Assembly: GCF_001194135.2 (NCBI RefSeq)
Contig: NC_068999.1
Span: 25,186,703-25,240,879 of the forward strand
Source: Octopus bimaculoides
Lineage: Eukaryota
Length of the DNA stretch: 54,177 nucleotides
Reading direction: 5' to 3'
The notes beneath the pieces are model-generated. The model ran no database searches. It was not told the DNA's origin and was given only the letters and a program-made list of their open reading frames with translations. Shown piece after piece: positions 1 through 12,050 of this stretch (its first letter is position 1; every line of letters begins with the position of its first letter). The position numbers and the translations under genes were made by a program.

Positions 1-6
1 AAAGAA

Positions 7-329
7 ATGGAAAAACTTTCAAAATACAAAGACCTGGAAATAGAGATAACTCGAATGTGGAATCTAAAAACAGAAACAATTCCTATCATAGTAGGTGCCT
101 TAGGTATAATAAAAAAATATTCAGACAAATACATAACAAAAACACCAGGACTTACAAATATATATAACATACAGAAAATTGCACTACTGGGTACTGCACA
201 CATTCTACGCAAAACACTTTCAATACAGTAAACATAAGAGCACCACAGCAAACCACAGCACATACCCAAGGCGCACAGAGCTGCGCTCGGTAGTGAAGTG
301 AAAGCACGTTATAAAAATAAAACTACTGA
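7..329 (+). mobile_element. 3' end of an RLE-type non-LTR retrotransposon (R4/Dong-like)
   Basis: ORF 7-231 (EKLSKYKDLEIEITRMW...PIIVGALG...QKIALLGTAHILRKTL) matches the C-terminal part of the restriction-like endonuclease of R2/R4-type elements. A short 3' UTR follows and runs into (TAA)n at about 330. Confidence 0.8.
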
Positions 330-345
330 ATAATAATAATAATAA

Positions 346-1678
346 CTAGAAAAGCACTCGCAGAGCGCAGACCTCCGCCAAGCATCTCATTTCCACCTCA
401 TATCCCACCGCTCTTGTCGCCATTATAACCACCGATACTATTTTATCCTCCTCCCATACTTATCTCGACCATCATCATCATCAACACTGTCTCTGCTTTC
501 ACCACAATCACCGTCAAAACTACGATCACTACAATCAGTTTCTTCACACAGTTGAAAGTCCATTATCCGATACTCATGGGACCGAGATTGTTGCAGATTA
601 TTGATTTTTCTAATTTCGGAGTTCTTTATTTTAAAAAAAAATTGCATCTACAAAACGGAAGTTTGAGGATAGAAACCAGGTCTAAACACAATAGCTTATA
701 GGCATACTCTGAATGTAGTTCTATAAAGATATTTAATACTTTTTTTATACTTAAAATCATCAGAAATGTTAAGATATCAGCCTCTATCCATGTTGTCATG
801 CTTTGATTAATAGGTTACAGCATAGATTATATTACTTAGATAAGTTTCGGCCGAAGATGACTCAGGCCATGTCTAATTTAATAGCACCACCTGGAAGAGA
901 TACACAGTCAGCTCTAGGGAACCGTAGCCCATTCATGCAGAGGGTTATTGGTTTCAGAAACATATCTGTGTGTGGGTGGTTTATCTGGTATTTGTTGGGG
1001 GTAATCATCTAAGAATCGTTTGAATGCCGTGAAGTCACTTTCCTCCTTTATGTGTGTCTGGCACGATGTTGAAGAGAGCAGGGTTAATTGAGGTGAAATA
1101 GTTCTGTATAGTACGACACAAACATTTCTGTCGTGGACGGATGGCACGGGGGCCAAGCCTGGGACAAATTTTAAAGATGGGCAATGTTGATGGAATATTT
1201 TCCACATCATACAGATGATATAAAGCTCACAGCGGCGGTGGAGGGAGCAAAGCCTGAGCTTTTTCAGTCGATCCCAATAGTCAAGACTTGTCATGTCATC
1301 CTCCGCAGACCTCCGCTAAGCAGTTCATTTTAAGATAGATACGCGAGTAAAATTACTAATAGTGAAACGAAAATAAACTTTGGAATCAGTAACGCCACCA
1401 TAGGTTACGTGGAAACGATGAACGTGTTTTCAAGGGAGATAATCAACGAATGTAACAATACTTCATGTAAAGTAGCTATAACAAATGAAAAGTCCTTCAA
1501 GAATCCATAAAAGTTCCCGGATCACAACCCAAAATTTCATCATCTGTTTCTTGTATCATTACCAACTTTTTCTGCAAGTTTTATCAAATATTGTTCACAA
1601 CTTTTTGAGTTATTTTGCACACAGACAGACAGACAAACCAATACCGATGAAAACATAACCTTCTTCCTTGGCGGAGGT
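346..1678. mobile_element. Helentron/DINE-like non-autonomous element (possibly two nested copies)
   Basis: Perfect 12-bp subterminal inverted repeat ACCTCCGCCAAG (371-382) / CTTGGCGGAGGT (1667-1678); (CAGA)n microsatellite at about 1620-1635; both ends embedded in (TAA)n. A second 5'-like motif GCAGACCTCCGCTAAGCA is at 1305-1322. Family assignment is inference. Confidence 0.55.
800..1294 (-). mobile_element. CR1/L2-like LINE 3' fragment
   Basis: ORF 914-1294(-) DYWDRLKKLRLCSLHRRCELYIICMMWKI resembles the Y.ERLK.L.L.SL.RRR motif C-terminal to CR1/L2-group RT; decayed. Confidence 0.62.
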
Positions 1679-1688
1679 AATAATAATA

Positions 1689-1732
<44 letters not shown>

Positions 1733-1748
1733 AATAATAATAATAATG

Positions 1749-1782
<34 letters not shown>

Positions 1783-2613
1783 NNNNNNNNNNNNNNNNNN
1801 NNNNNNNNNNNNNNNNNNNNNNNNNNNNNNNNNNNNNNNNNNNNNNNNNNNNNNNNNNNNNNNNNNNNNNNNNNNNNNNNNNNNNNNNNNNNNNNNNNNN
1901 NNNNNNNNNNNNNNNNNNNNNNNNNNNNNNNNNNNNNNNNNNNNNNNNNNNNNNNNNNNNNNNNNNNNNNNNNNNNNNNNNNNNNNNNNNNNNNNNNNNN
2001 NNNNNNNNNNNNNNNNNNNNNNNNNNNNNNNNNNNNNNNNNNNNNNNNNNNNNNNNNNNNNNNNNNNNNNNNNNNNNNNNNNNNNNNNNNNNNNNNNNNN
2101 NNNNNNNNNNNNNNNNNNNNNNNNNNNNNNNNNNNNNNNNNNNNNNNNNNNNNNNNNNNNNNNNNNNNNNNNNNNNNNNNNNNNNNNNNNNNNNNNNNNN
2201 NNNNNNNNNNNNNNNNNNNNNNNNNNNNNNNNNNNNNNNNNNNNNNNNNNNNNNNNNNNNNNNNNNNNNNNNNNNNNNNNNNNNNNNNNNNNNNNNNNNN
2301 NNNNNNNNNNNNNNNNNNNNNNNNNNNNNNNNNNNNNNNNNNNNNNNNNNNNNNNNNNNNNNNNNNNNNNNNNNNNNNNNNNNNNNNNNNNNNNNNNNNN
2401 NNNNNNNNNNNNNNNNNNNNNNNNNNNNNNNNNNNNNNNNNNNNNNNNNNNNNNNNNNNNNNNNNNNNNNNNNNNNNNNNNNNNNNNNNNNNNNNNNNNN
2501 NNNNNNNNNNNNNNNNNNNNNNNNNNNNNNNNNNNNNNNNNNNNNNNNNNNNNNNNNNNNNNNNNNNNNNNNNNNNNNNNNNNNNNNNNNNNNNNNNNNN
2601 NNNNNNNNNNNNN

Positions 2614-2645
<32 letters not shown>

Positions 2646-2720
2646 CTTTTCTACTATAGGTACAAAGCCTGGTATTTGAGGGAGAGGGCTAGTCGATTAC
2701 ATCAACCCCAGTACTTGAAG

Positions 2721-2775
<55 letters not shown>
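1679..2775. repeat. (TAA)n/(TGA)n microsatellite spanning assembly gap 1783-2613
   Basis: Trinucleotide runs directly visible on both sides of the N run. Confidence 0.95.
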
Positions 2776-2776
<1 letters not shown>

Positions 2777-3479
2777 TCTTTATTGACCACAAAAATGGTG
2801 CAAGAATACATTCACGACAATACAAAAGGAGTAGGATTTATATAAACAAGTGTGAACAATAAAAGCAATAACAAGAAAGTTTGAAAAAATATTCCGCAAT
2901 AGAGGAAGAATGACCCAGGGGCAACCAATGAACCCCACATGACCCATATCACTCTGGTCACTAAGACTACCATGGGAAGTGCTCATCGTTCCCGATACTT
3001 TTCAGCTTACAGGCAAATCCACTCACTTGGGACATACTCTCTACATTCATCGACCTATTTATAAATTTACTGGGAAGCAGCACATCACTCTCCACACTCA
3101 CTTTCCCTCGTAAGTGGAACTAGAAAAAGTCGATGACGCTTGACCGAAAAGGAAAATGTCTGTCTCCAATCTTTTCAATCGTGTCTACCACGCAACTTCT
3201 TTTGCCAGGGCCATCAGACAAAGGAAAACTGCTGGCCCTTTCTGGCCAAAGGAAGCTGGCAGGGAAACCTTTACAAAGGAGTCGGATTGATTTTAAGTTA
3301 AGGGTTAAGTTGATTTCACTGATCCCAGCACTTCGTTGGTGCTTTATTTTATCAATCTCGAAAGGATGAAAAGCAAAGTTGCCCTCTGTTGAAACTAAGA
3401 ATATAGAGAGTCGCAACTAAAAGCCGCAAAAATGATAGACACGAGGTCAGAAATTTAGGCGAAGTGGTTTGTCTATAAA

Positions 3480-4680
3480 ATAGACCACAGCGATCGTGGA
3501 GTACCAGAAAGGGATAAAATTAAAGGTACATAAATGAAGGAAGTCCTCAGTAAAGAATATCTCCTTAGAATTAAAATTTTTTTAATCCAAATTGATTTTT
3601 AAATCCAGGAAATAACATACTAACAATCAACTCGAGGGCAGCATCACTAATAAGTTATGCTCAATCATTGGATTGAGTAGAGAAAGGATAAATTTAAAAA
3701 TTACGACATTAAGACGAGAAAGCGACTCACACTGTACAGTAGCCTGAATCTCCAACCAGATGTGAGCCTTTATACCGGAAAGGAGAGATTTATGAATATT
3801 GAAGTGATTGTTCGTCTACAGTAATCAAACCGGAGACATTCTCTGAGGAGTAATCAAACCGGGGACATTCTCTGAGGAGGAAGTTATTCCTAAGTCCGTG
3901 TAAGAGATCTGTTTTTAACGGAGCTGGTAGAGTTCACAGAGAAAAATAAAACAGGAAATGTGAAAAATAAGTCAAATTTTGAAAGAAAAAATACCATTCT
4001 CTGCTTACAATAAAGAATGACAAAAACAATTGGGGGATTAATTTTAGCAGCACAGAAGCCGTCTGTAAGATTAAAATGGATCAAGAGAGTGATAAATAAG
4101 CGGAACCGTTCACCTTTATGTAGAATGTGTAACAAAACATTCAGTTATAGCTCAGTATGCTCAGAGTTCATTCAAAGTTTGTAAAATTGTGCAGAGAGGA
4201 TAAGACTGTTGCAATAATTCAGTGGAATTCTTTGCAAGATGTTCGGTTTTGTATATACAGAAAAGACCCAGTTTGTCGGCGCAGAAAAAAGCTCTTGAAA
4301 ACGATTAAATGAGTTTGCTTTGGAGTGCACCTTCACTAAGCCAAAGTAGATAACAGACCAACAAATTGGATATTATGAACGTCGATATGAAGAAAGTATC
4401 TTGTAATTGATTCAGCATACCCACTTGATAGCAGAGTTAAGTAAATAGAAAAAGGAAAAGTAATATATTACACAAACCTGAAGTAAAAATGTTCTCAAAT
4501 GCTAGAATATAAATGTTGATAAGGTCATGCGTCCACTAATTATCTATAAGAACATGGGAAACAGACGATAAATACCAGAGTCAAACTTGGGAAAGTTAGA
4601 ATTTAATAGGAGAGCAGGTGCAGAAAACTTATTTACTTGAAACAGCACGACGTGTCTTGAAAGTCCTCAATACAAAATAA
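3480..4680 (+). mobile_element. Decayed RLE-type (R4/Dong-like) LINE, 3' portion
   Basis: Broken frames give SPLCRMC (zinc knuckle, about 4100), ...LLW...NRP..DI....IDSAYPLDSRV (PD-(D/E)xK-like, about 4310-4440) and a terminal LLETARRVLKVL-like stretch; many stops and frameshifts. Confidence 0.7.
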
Positions 4681-4695
4681 GGATAGATAAGAACA

Positions 4696-5082
4696 TTGTT
4701 GTTGTTGGCACTCCGTCGCTTACGACGTTGAGGGTTCCAGTTGATCCGATCAACGGAACAGCCTGCTCGTGAAATTAACGTGCAAGTGGCTGAGCACTCC
4801 ACAGACACGTGTACCCTTAACGTAGTTCTCGGGGATATTCAGCGTGACATAGTGTGACAAGGCTGACCCTTTGAATTACAAGTACAATAGAAACAGGAAG
4901 AAAGAGTGAGAGAAAGTTGTGGTGAAAGAGTACGGCAGGGTTCGTCACCATCCCCTGCCGGAGCCTTGTGGAACTTTAGGTGTTTTTGCTCAATAAACAC
5001 TCACAACGCCCGGTCTGGGAATCGAAACCGCGATACTATGACCACGAGTCCGCTGCCCTAACCACTGGGCCATTGCGCCTCC
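4696..5082 (-). mobile_element. Full-length tRNA-derived SINE (family C)
   Basis: Minus-strand head GGAGGCGCAATGGCCCAGTGGTTAGG with A box and B box GGTTTCGATTCCC; (CAA)n tail; 12-bp TSD TAGATAAGAACA at 4684-4695 and 5083-5094. Confidence 0.88.
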
Positions 5083-5215
5083 TAGATAAGAACACAGAAG
5101 GGCCCTAATAGCAGAAAGAATAAAAATACTTCTTATGCAAGACCACTAGTTGTGGTCTGGTGCGCAGTGTTATTAAACCGGTTACAATGCCAACATCATG
5201 GGAAAACAGCAAATA

Positions 5216-6550
5216 CAGGGTGTCCCAAAAAGATGTACTCACTTTTTGACAGACGATTACTAATGTATTGTTTTTTTTATATTTCGGACGCAACTAACCC
5301 TTCACAATGGCAAATGCACAACTAACGTTTGAGGAAAAATAAATTATATTAAAGTGTTACTGGAAGCACGAAAATGTCACGGAAGTGCAAAGACAATTTA
5401 ACAGACAGTTTCAGAAGACACCACCAACACGACGCACTATTGCTCGCATCAGAGATAAATTTGAAGCATACGGAACTGTGCAGAACGTTAATAAGCAACG
5501 CTCTGGAAGACCACGAACATCCACCAGCCCCAATAGACACAACCAATTAATGGAAACCCTTTCCCGATCCCCAAAGAAATCCGTAAGACAATTGAGTCGT
5601 GAGATAGTAATCCCAAAATCGAGTGTTCATCGGATGTTGAAACGAGCTCATTGGAAAAGTTACGTTCCAACATTAAATCAAGCCCTCAATGAAGACGATC
5701 CTGATCGGAGAGTTCAATTTTGCGAATGGTGTCTGAACAAATTCGCAGAGGATGCAACGTTTCCAGAGAAAATCTTATGGAGCGATGAAGCCACCTTCAA
5801 GTTAAATGGTTCAGTCAACCGACATAATTGCACATATTGGGCCCGTGAAAATCCACATTTTACTATGGAACAGCATCTGAACCTACCAGGCGTTACAGTG
5901 TGGTGTGGAATGTCAACATTGGGTATCGTTGGACCATTTTTTTTTTACCAAACTGTCAGTGGCCCAGTTTACTTAAACTTATTGATGGAAAATGTTGGTC
6001 CACGAATTGAAGAAATGTTTGGGGACGAAGAGATTTACTTCCAGCAAGATGGAGCTCCTCCTCACTACCATCGTGATGTACGGGCTTACCTCGATGCAAC
6101 AAATCCAAACAAATGGATTGGGAGGAGAGGTAGCGTTGAATTTCCTGCACGTTCCCAGACCTCACGCCAATGGATTTTTTTTTTATGGGAAAGATAAGGT
6201 TTACGCTGCAAAACCAGTGACAGTTGATGATTTGAAAAATGAAATTCGAATACAATGTCTTGCAATTCCAAATGAAATGTTTGGCAATGTTGTCGAATCC
6301 ATTGTTGGACGTTATCAGCTTTGTTTAGAAAATGAAGGAAGGCAGTTTGAACATTTGCGAATACGCAGGAATGAGAGAGAACATTAAATAATTCTTAATG
6401 ACAATAAATAATCGTTTCTACAACAATTTATTTTCCTGAAATTAATTTAACTTTTTAGGATTGTATGTATATCAATAAATATCTACTTGAACACAAAATG
6501 CATGAGTACTGGGAAGTCAAAGAGTGGGTACATCTTTTTGGGACACCCTG
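5216..6550 (+). mobile_element. Tc1/mariner DD41D (rosa-type) transposon, full length, inactivated
   Basis: 35-bp TIRs CAGGGTGTCCCAAAAAGATGTAC(T/C)CACT(T/C)TTTGAC with 2 mismatches; TA on both sides. Transposase starts at ATG 5307 with a premature TAA at 5340 and carries WSDEATF and QQDGAPPH motifs. After repairing the frameshift near 6155, SPDLTPMD places 41 residues between the second and third Asp. Confidence 0.92.
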
Positions 6551-6559
6551 TATAATATT

Positions 6560-6760
6560 TTACAGGAGCACAAGGCAAGATGTATTATGGGGAGAGAATA
6601 GTGCTTGGCTGGTATTTATTCTATCGACTTCAGAAGGATGAAATGCAAAATTCACCTCGATGGGATTTAAACTCAGACCGTAAAGAGCCGGAACAAATAC
6701 CACCAAGCATTTTCTCTAACGATTTTAATGACAACCAAACCTATCTCCTAACAATAATAA
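6560..6760 (-). mobile_element. Degenerate SINE (family A)
   Basis: Diverged reverse-complement match to the GACTTTGCCTTTCATCC..TCGATAAA.TAAGTACCAG core seen in intact copies at 41152 and 42298. Confidence 0.55.
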
Positions 6761-7322
6761 TTTGAACAAGTGTGCGATGTCCTAAGTTTATTTCTCTCTT
6801 TCGTTCTTGAAGACAACACAAGTAGTATCTAACCCTCTCTCTTTTGAGATGTAAGAGATTTCACTCCATGTTTCGGTGAATCCCGCTTCTTGGGGAGACA
6901 TAAAGAAAGCTATTGTATCTTCATTTTTTTATTACATTGGTAGATTACCTTCTTTCTCTCTTATACTCGTGTAAACAACACCCATACTATGCAGTGTTTC
7001 TTTTATCTTCTTATTCCAACAAACTGTTAGTGCAAAAGACGAAACCAGTCCTTCAATCAAATTTCCATCATGAAGAAATAGATATTTTCAACCAATGGGG
7101 GCTCGTGTATAGGCACTGCGGAACTGCAGCACTCCCTATTCGATATTATCGATAACATTCAATATAATGAGTCCTTTTTTCTTTAATTCTTTCTTTATAC
7201 TTGTGCATTATATAATCCTTAAGCTTAATGTCAGTAGTCATCCCCTAGTTTATGAAAAAAGTACAAAAACCTTGTATAGAACTGTGCGCTCCACAGTTCC
7301 AGCAACGCGGTGTTTGGCTGTC

Positions 7323-7336
7323 GTGCGCATGCGCAC
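7323..7336. promoter_or_regulatory. Perfect NRF1-type palindrome GTGCGCATGCGCAC
   Basis: Exact TGCGCATGCGCA consensus in a locally CpG-richer patch (about 7100-7430). Function not shown. Confidence 0.3.
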
Positions 7337-7789
7337 ATGTCCGAGATAAGAAGCTTCATGTTAGGGAGAGGAAGCGTTATCGTTCATGCAGTGCCGGTGA
7401 AAGATAGTGTTTCTTTTTGACTCCGCGTGTGTTGTGCTTAAAAACGTGTTTATATTCTTGAATGTGATAAAGTGTAGAATTAGATTATTATCCTGTTTCC
7501 AGCTTCAATGTTGCTGCCAGGATTTGAAAAATGGGGCAGATTTTGTTATCTAGGGGGGATTTTTGAAAACCAAGGGGTAATCCGCGGCGATGTTCAGTGA
7601 ACAAATTAGACACACTACCCAGCAGTAGCTAAAATGCGAACTGATCAAGTTTATGTATAAATATTCTTTTTATATGTTTGTTTCCTCTTACACAATATTA
7701 AAACAACGGCTAAAAATTTTCTGAAGCAGCACCCCAAATAATTTTATCTACGAACCGCCACTGCTTTCAACTAACATTTTTGTGCCTGT

Positions 7790-8180
7790 GTGTGTGTGTG
7801 TNNNNNNNNNNNNNNNNNNNNNNNNNNNNNNNNNNNNNNNNNNNNNNNNNNNNNNNNNNNNNNNNNNNNNNNNNNNNNNNNNNNNNNNNNNNNNNNNNNN
7901 NNNNNNNNNNNNNNNNNNNNNNNNNNNNNNNNNNNNNNNNNNNNNNNNNNNNNNNNNNNNNNNNNNNNNNNNNNNNNNNNNNNNNNNNNNNNNNNNNNNN
8001 NNNNNNNNNNNNNNNNNNNNNNNNNNNNNNNNNNNNNNNNNNNNNNNNNNNNNNNNNNNNNNNNNNNNNNNNNNNNNNNNNNNNNNNNNNNNNNNNNNNN
8101 NNNNNNNNNNNNNNNNNNNNNNNNNNNNNNNNNNNNNNNNNNNNNNNNNNNNNNNNNNNNNNNNNNNNNNNNNNNNNNNN

Positions 8181-8248
<68 letters not shown>
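7790..8248. repeat. (GT)n/(CA)n microsatellite flanking gap 7802-8180
   Basis: Directly visible. Confidence 0.95.
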
Positions 8249-8251
<3 letters not shown>

Positions 8252-8759
8252 TTGCAGTATTTTCTTTTGCTTCTTCACAAGAACAATTGTATTTCTTCTT
8301 AATTTATTGTTTTAAATCATCTGAAAATAATTAAGCTTGGTTCGCCAACATATCTCGTAAGTCATTGATGAAATATAACAGAAATAGGCCAACAAAATCC
8401 CTTAGAGGTTATGTTGTTGGGGACAAGATTTCATACTGGAATAACGCCTAACAGTGAAAACTAGTTTTGAAGAAACAACAAGGAAAATTCTCTTGAGATT
8501 CTTCAAAGGGGTTCACGCCAAGATTGTATTTTATAAAATGAAAAGTCGTTTTAGCATTTTTTTTAGAATTCAGTGACTATCATTGTCAACATAAAAGAAA
8601 TATGCAAAGAGACACGCATGCATCAAGAATTGAATTTAGATAAAGTTATGCATACATACATGCAGACAAACAGACAAACAGATAGATATAATCACACATA
8701 CACACACACTCACACACATATATAATTGTATGCATGTATATATATATTTAAATACGTAC

Positions 8760-8945
8760 CAGATACCATTGATCAATAAAATATGGGTCTGTAAATATGG
8801 GTCGGCTCCAATTCATAGCTTGTGCTTGTAGGTGATGTGCATCGTAACCAGAGAAGTTACTCATGGAAGATAATTCTTGATCGGCAGATGTAGCTGATCC
8901 CTTTTTATGGCGAAGCAGTTGTTTAAGTTGTAAAATGTATTTCAC
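8760..8945 (-). CDS. Proprotein convertase (PC1/PC2/furin family) coding exon 3: end of prodomain, spacer, start of catalytic domain
   Basis: Acceptor tttaactag|GTG and donor CTG|gtacgt; 186 nt, phase 0-0. Encodes VKYILQLKQLLRHKKG...FTDPYFIDQWYL, matching the V.W..QQ...R.KR and F.DP.F..QWYL motifs at the conserved intron positions of the family. Confidence 0.9.
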
Positions 8946-9947
8946 CTAGTTAAACATGAAAATACTTTTATAAGTTTGAAATTAAATTATCAAATAAAAC
9001 CAATAAACTTAAGAGAAGCGGGTTGTAGGTGCAAAAATGAAAGGTCATATCTTCGAGTATTCAACCCAATAGAGCTCCTCACTTCACTCTAGTAGAAGTT
9101 TTGAGAGGATTTCGCCGAAGCACTACAAAATAACGAAAAGAAAAAACACTTGTTACTTAAACAGTGACCTCTTCCCCCACTGCTTAGTAGCAAGCAATAC
9201 AACTAGAAAAGAATTTTCCAATTATGCCGAGTCATTGAGAATGGGGTGTTTTAGCACTGCCGCAATATTGCAGAAATTGCAGAATGATAGAATTCTGTAG
9301 CAGTAACAGAAACTCATTTAAAGAACTGATAATTTGAAACCAATTCCAAGATTTTCACTATTTGCTTATGTCTAAAATTAAAGGCTGTTTACTGACTGGA
9401 TCCTCGATACCAATGTTTCCACCGGTTTTGACAGTTGGGGAACTTTTCTATGTCTGCACTTTATGCTTAGATTGCGATCGCAATACTCCATGAAACAATT
9501 GGATGAATTATTGACTCTGCTGGACTTCCTAAGCCGCAGTACTTAATTTGGAAAGCAGAGCGGAAGCAGTAAATATTTTGTGAAATACAAAAATTTACAA
9601 TCTATAAACTCATAAAGAATGAAGGGCAAAGTTGACCACAACAGAATTTGCAATGAGAATGTAAAGAGAGAAAAACATGTCACTTACAATTTCAGGTCCT
9701 AAAGTTAGGGGGAGCGAGCACATAAAAAAAGGAATTTCAGTAATAATGTCATTATGTATGAAACTTACAACTACTGATATAGGTATTACGTGAAAAAGAT
9801 GAAACTCAAGGTTTGTTTGGGTTGTTCAGATGCCGGCGGCCACCAACACATCACAGGAGATTGAGCAGACAGTTCAAAAACGCTGGAGCTTGGCCAAATA
9901 AAGTAATGATTCCAGAAAGTTCTTCCAAGGCCATGCGATTAACAAAA

Positions 9948-9951
<4 letters not shown>

Positions 9952-10014
<63 letters not shown>
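9952..10014. repeat. (GA)n microsatellite in convertase intron
   Basis: Directly visible. Confidence 0.95.
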
Positions 10015-10016
<2 letters not shown>

Positions 10017-11015
10017 CGACTTTTATCGCTCAAGTGAACTAAAGAATTAATAGGAACTGTTGAAAAAGCACCAATTTTGAAAAATGTGCCCGTGGAGACG
10101 GTCGCTCCCCCTATTAACAACGTTACTGACGCCGCTAAGCAATTTGTCCGACGTGATCACTATTGTGCTAGCTCACCGCCCAAGCATTTTAAATAATATA
10201 TGACACTCACTTATTATAATTATTTATTTTCCAAAAAAATTAAGTAAGACTTGTGATTTATAGTGGACACATCTACTAAACTAAACCATAAGAGGTGAGT
10301 AATAAAAGAGTGGGTTTCACTATTTGCAATGTTTTCAACATCGTAATTAACTACTGTGGGAATACATACAGTGAATAGAGAAAGTATTAGGACTTTGATG
10401 GAGCAAGCAAGAGAAATTACTTCGATATTTTCTGGTTAGTTGAGCTTCGTCTACAAAAGTATAACCAAGAATAGTAATGGCTATTCTTTGGATATACTTC
10501 ACTGTTTTCTCACAGCGGACAAAACAGCCTAGCTGAGTCTACATTCTGACTGGTCTCCATTATTTTTTCGGCCAAATATTATTAACTAACCCTTAACATT
10601 TTTTCCAAATCGCTGCTTTACTGTCGTTATTTGTGATGTTGAAAACATTAGAAATAATCAAACCCACCTTTTAATTACTTAAATATGGGTCAGCGTCCCT
10701 TTATAATTAAATTATATAATGTGTGTTGACACGTTATATGTTCAACAGAGCGTTTGAAAGCTGATAACAGGAACTGATTTTATTTATTTATTCGACTAGG
10801 GCTTTAGATACACTTTGTAACAGACTTAACTGGATGTTGTCTGATGATATTATTTACATATTCACACAGCACGAAATATTTCTGTGGGAGTACATTAACA
10901 AACGAAAGATGTAAACATTTTAAATGGGAACATTTTATTTAAACATTTGAGAGCTTGGTTACTTTAATTACCATAACAGACATAATAGACATTCAAACTA
11001 CGCCATTCAATTTAC

Positions 11016-11117
11016 CCTGTCATCTTGCTTAAGTCTCTCAAGGAATTTGTGAGCTTTCCTTTTCGACGAAACGGGAATATCTGGATGAACCAATCTATAA
11101 ACGTTCAAGTAATCGTG
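11016..11117 (-). CDS. Proprotein convertase coding exon 2 (mid prodomain); absent from ORF track
   Basis: Acceptor atttctatttcag|CAC and donor AGG|gtaaat; 102 nt, phase 0-0. Encodes HDYLNVYRLVHPDIPVSSKRKAHKFLERLKQDDR, comparable to PCSK1 [31 protein letters not shown]. In frame with both neighbouring exons. Confidence 0.88.
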
Positions 11118-12050
11118 CTGAAATAGAAATTAAATATAAGTGTTTTAAAATTTAGTCAACGATAATTTGGTTAGAATAAATATCGTGGTAAATATGTGAA
11201 ATCATTACTATTCAACATACAAACTATATAATTACATATTGATTTTTTAAAGTTAGTATGACTACTTCACGTATTACATTATATAACACAATTTTTGTCC
11301 TTGGGTAACAACTGTTATTTCCTATTTGCTTACCCCCAGAAAGTATGAAAAACGGCTAATATTTCCTTCAAACTTTGCCTTTGTTGCATTTATTCAAACC
11401 CCAAAGAATCCCTCTCAACACATGGCCGTGATGCTCTCCCACTATTCTTGCTTATGATCAGAGACAAGTAAATCTATACCACAGTATAGAGCAGAATATT
11501 TGCTATAATGATATTTCTACTTCAGCAACTCAGCGTTGAATCTGTCTGAAATGTGATGGAAAACAGGTCTGTTTCAAACATTGATATCCAGATCACAAAA
11601 GTAAATTTTGAAGGAAATAATAATCATTTCGTTTGAGTTCTAGATAGGAGCAAATAGAAAATAACGCTTACTGACCAAAACAACAAAAACATTATTACAC
11701 AGTGTAATAAACTGAGAAAATAAGTTATCGCATAAGCAAGACAACAAAAGAACTTCTGTTTAGTTGTTTCATTTGCGCGAATTAACAACCAAATTTCAAT
11801 CAATTGACAACCTACAATCTTATTCTAAAAACGAAAGGACTCGTTGAGCAATATAGGCCAAGGTGTGCAATTCTTTTAAGATCACAGTTGTCTTGAGGAT
11901 AAACAACAACAATGTAAAATGTTTTAGCAGAACTAAAGATATATTTCAAGTTTTGAAATTAGATATACAACATTCTGTGACTCAAGATAACGATGATGGT
12001 TCAAGAAATGTAAAATATAATTAAATCAAAATTCTTCAGAAAATATTGAC

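Noticed and set aside
438-647. ORF containing DDDDG as the convertase catalytic Asp exon
   Set aside because: It derives from a (CAT)n tract within a repeat and lacks the G.TG.GV context.
3820-3877. 29-bp direct repeat x2 resembling a CRISPR repeat
   Set aside because: The units are adjacent with no spacer, lie inside a decayed LINE, and the context is eukaryotic with no cas genes.
9830-9950. Minus-strand NHYFIW...EQPK as convertase exon 2
   Set aside because: No acceptor/donor pair gives an open phase-0 exon; 11016-11117 fits far better.
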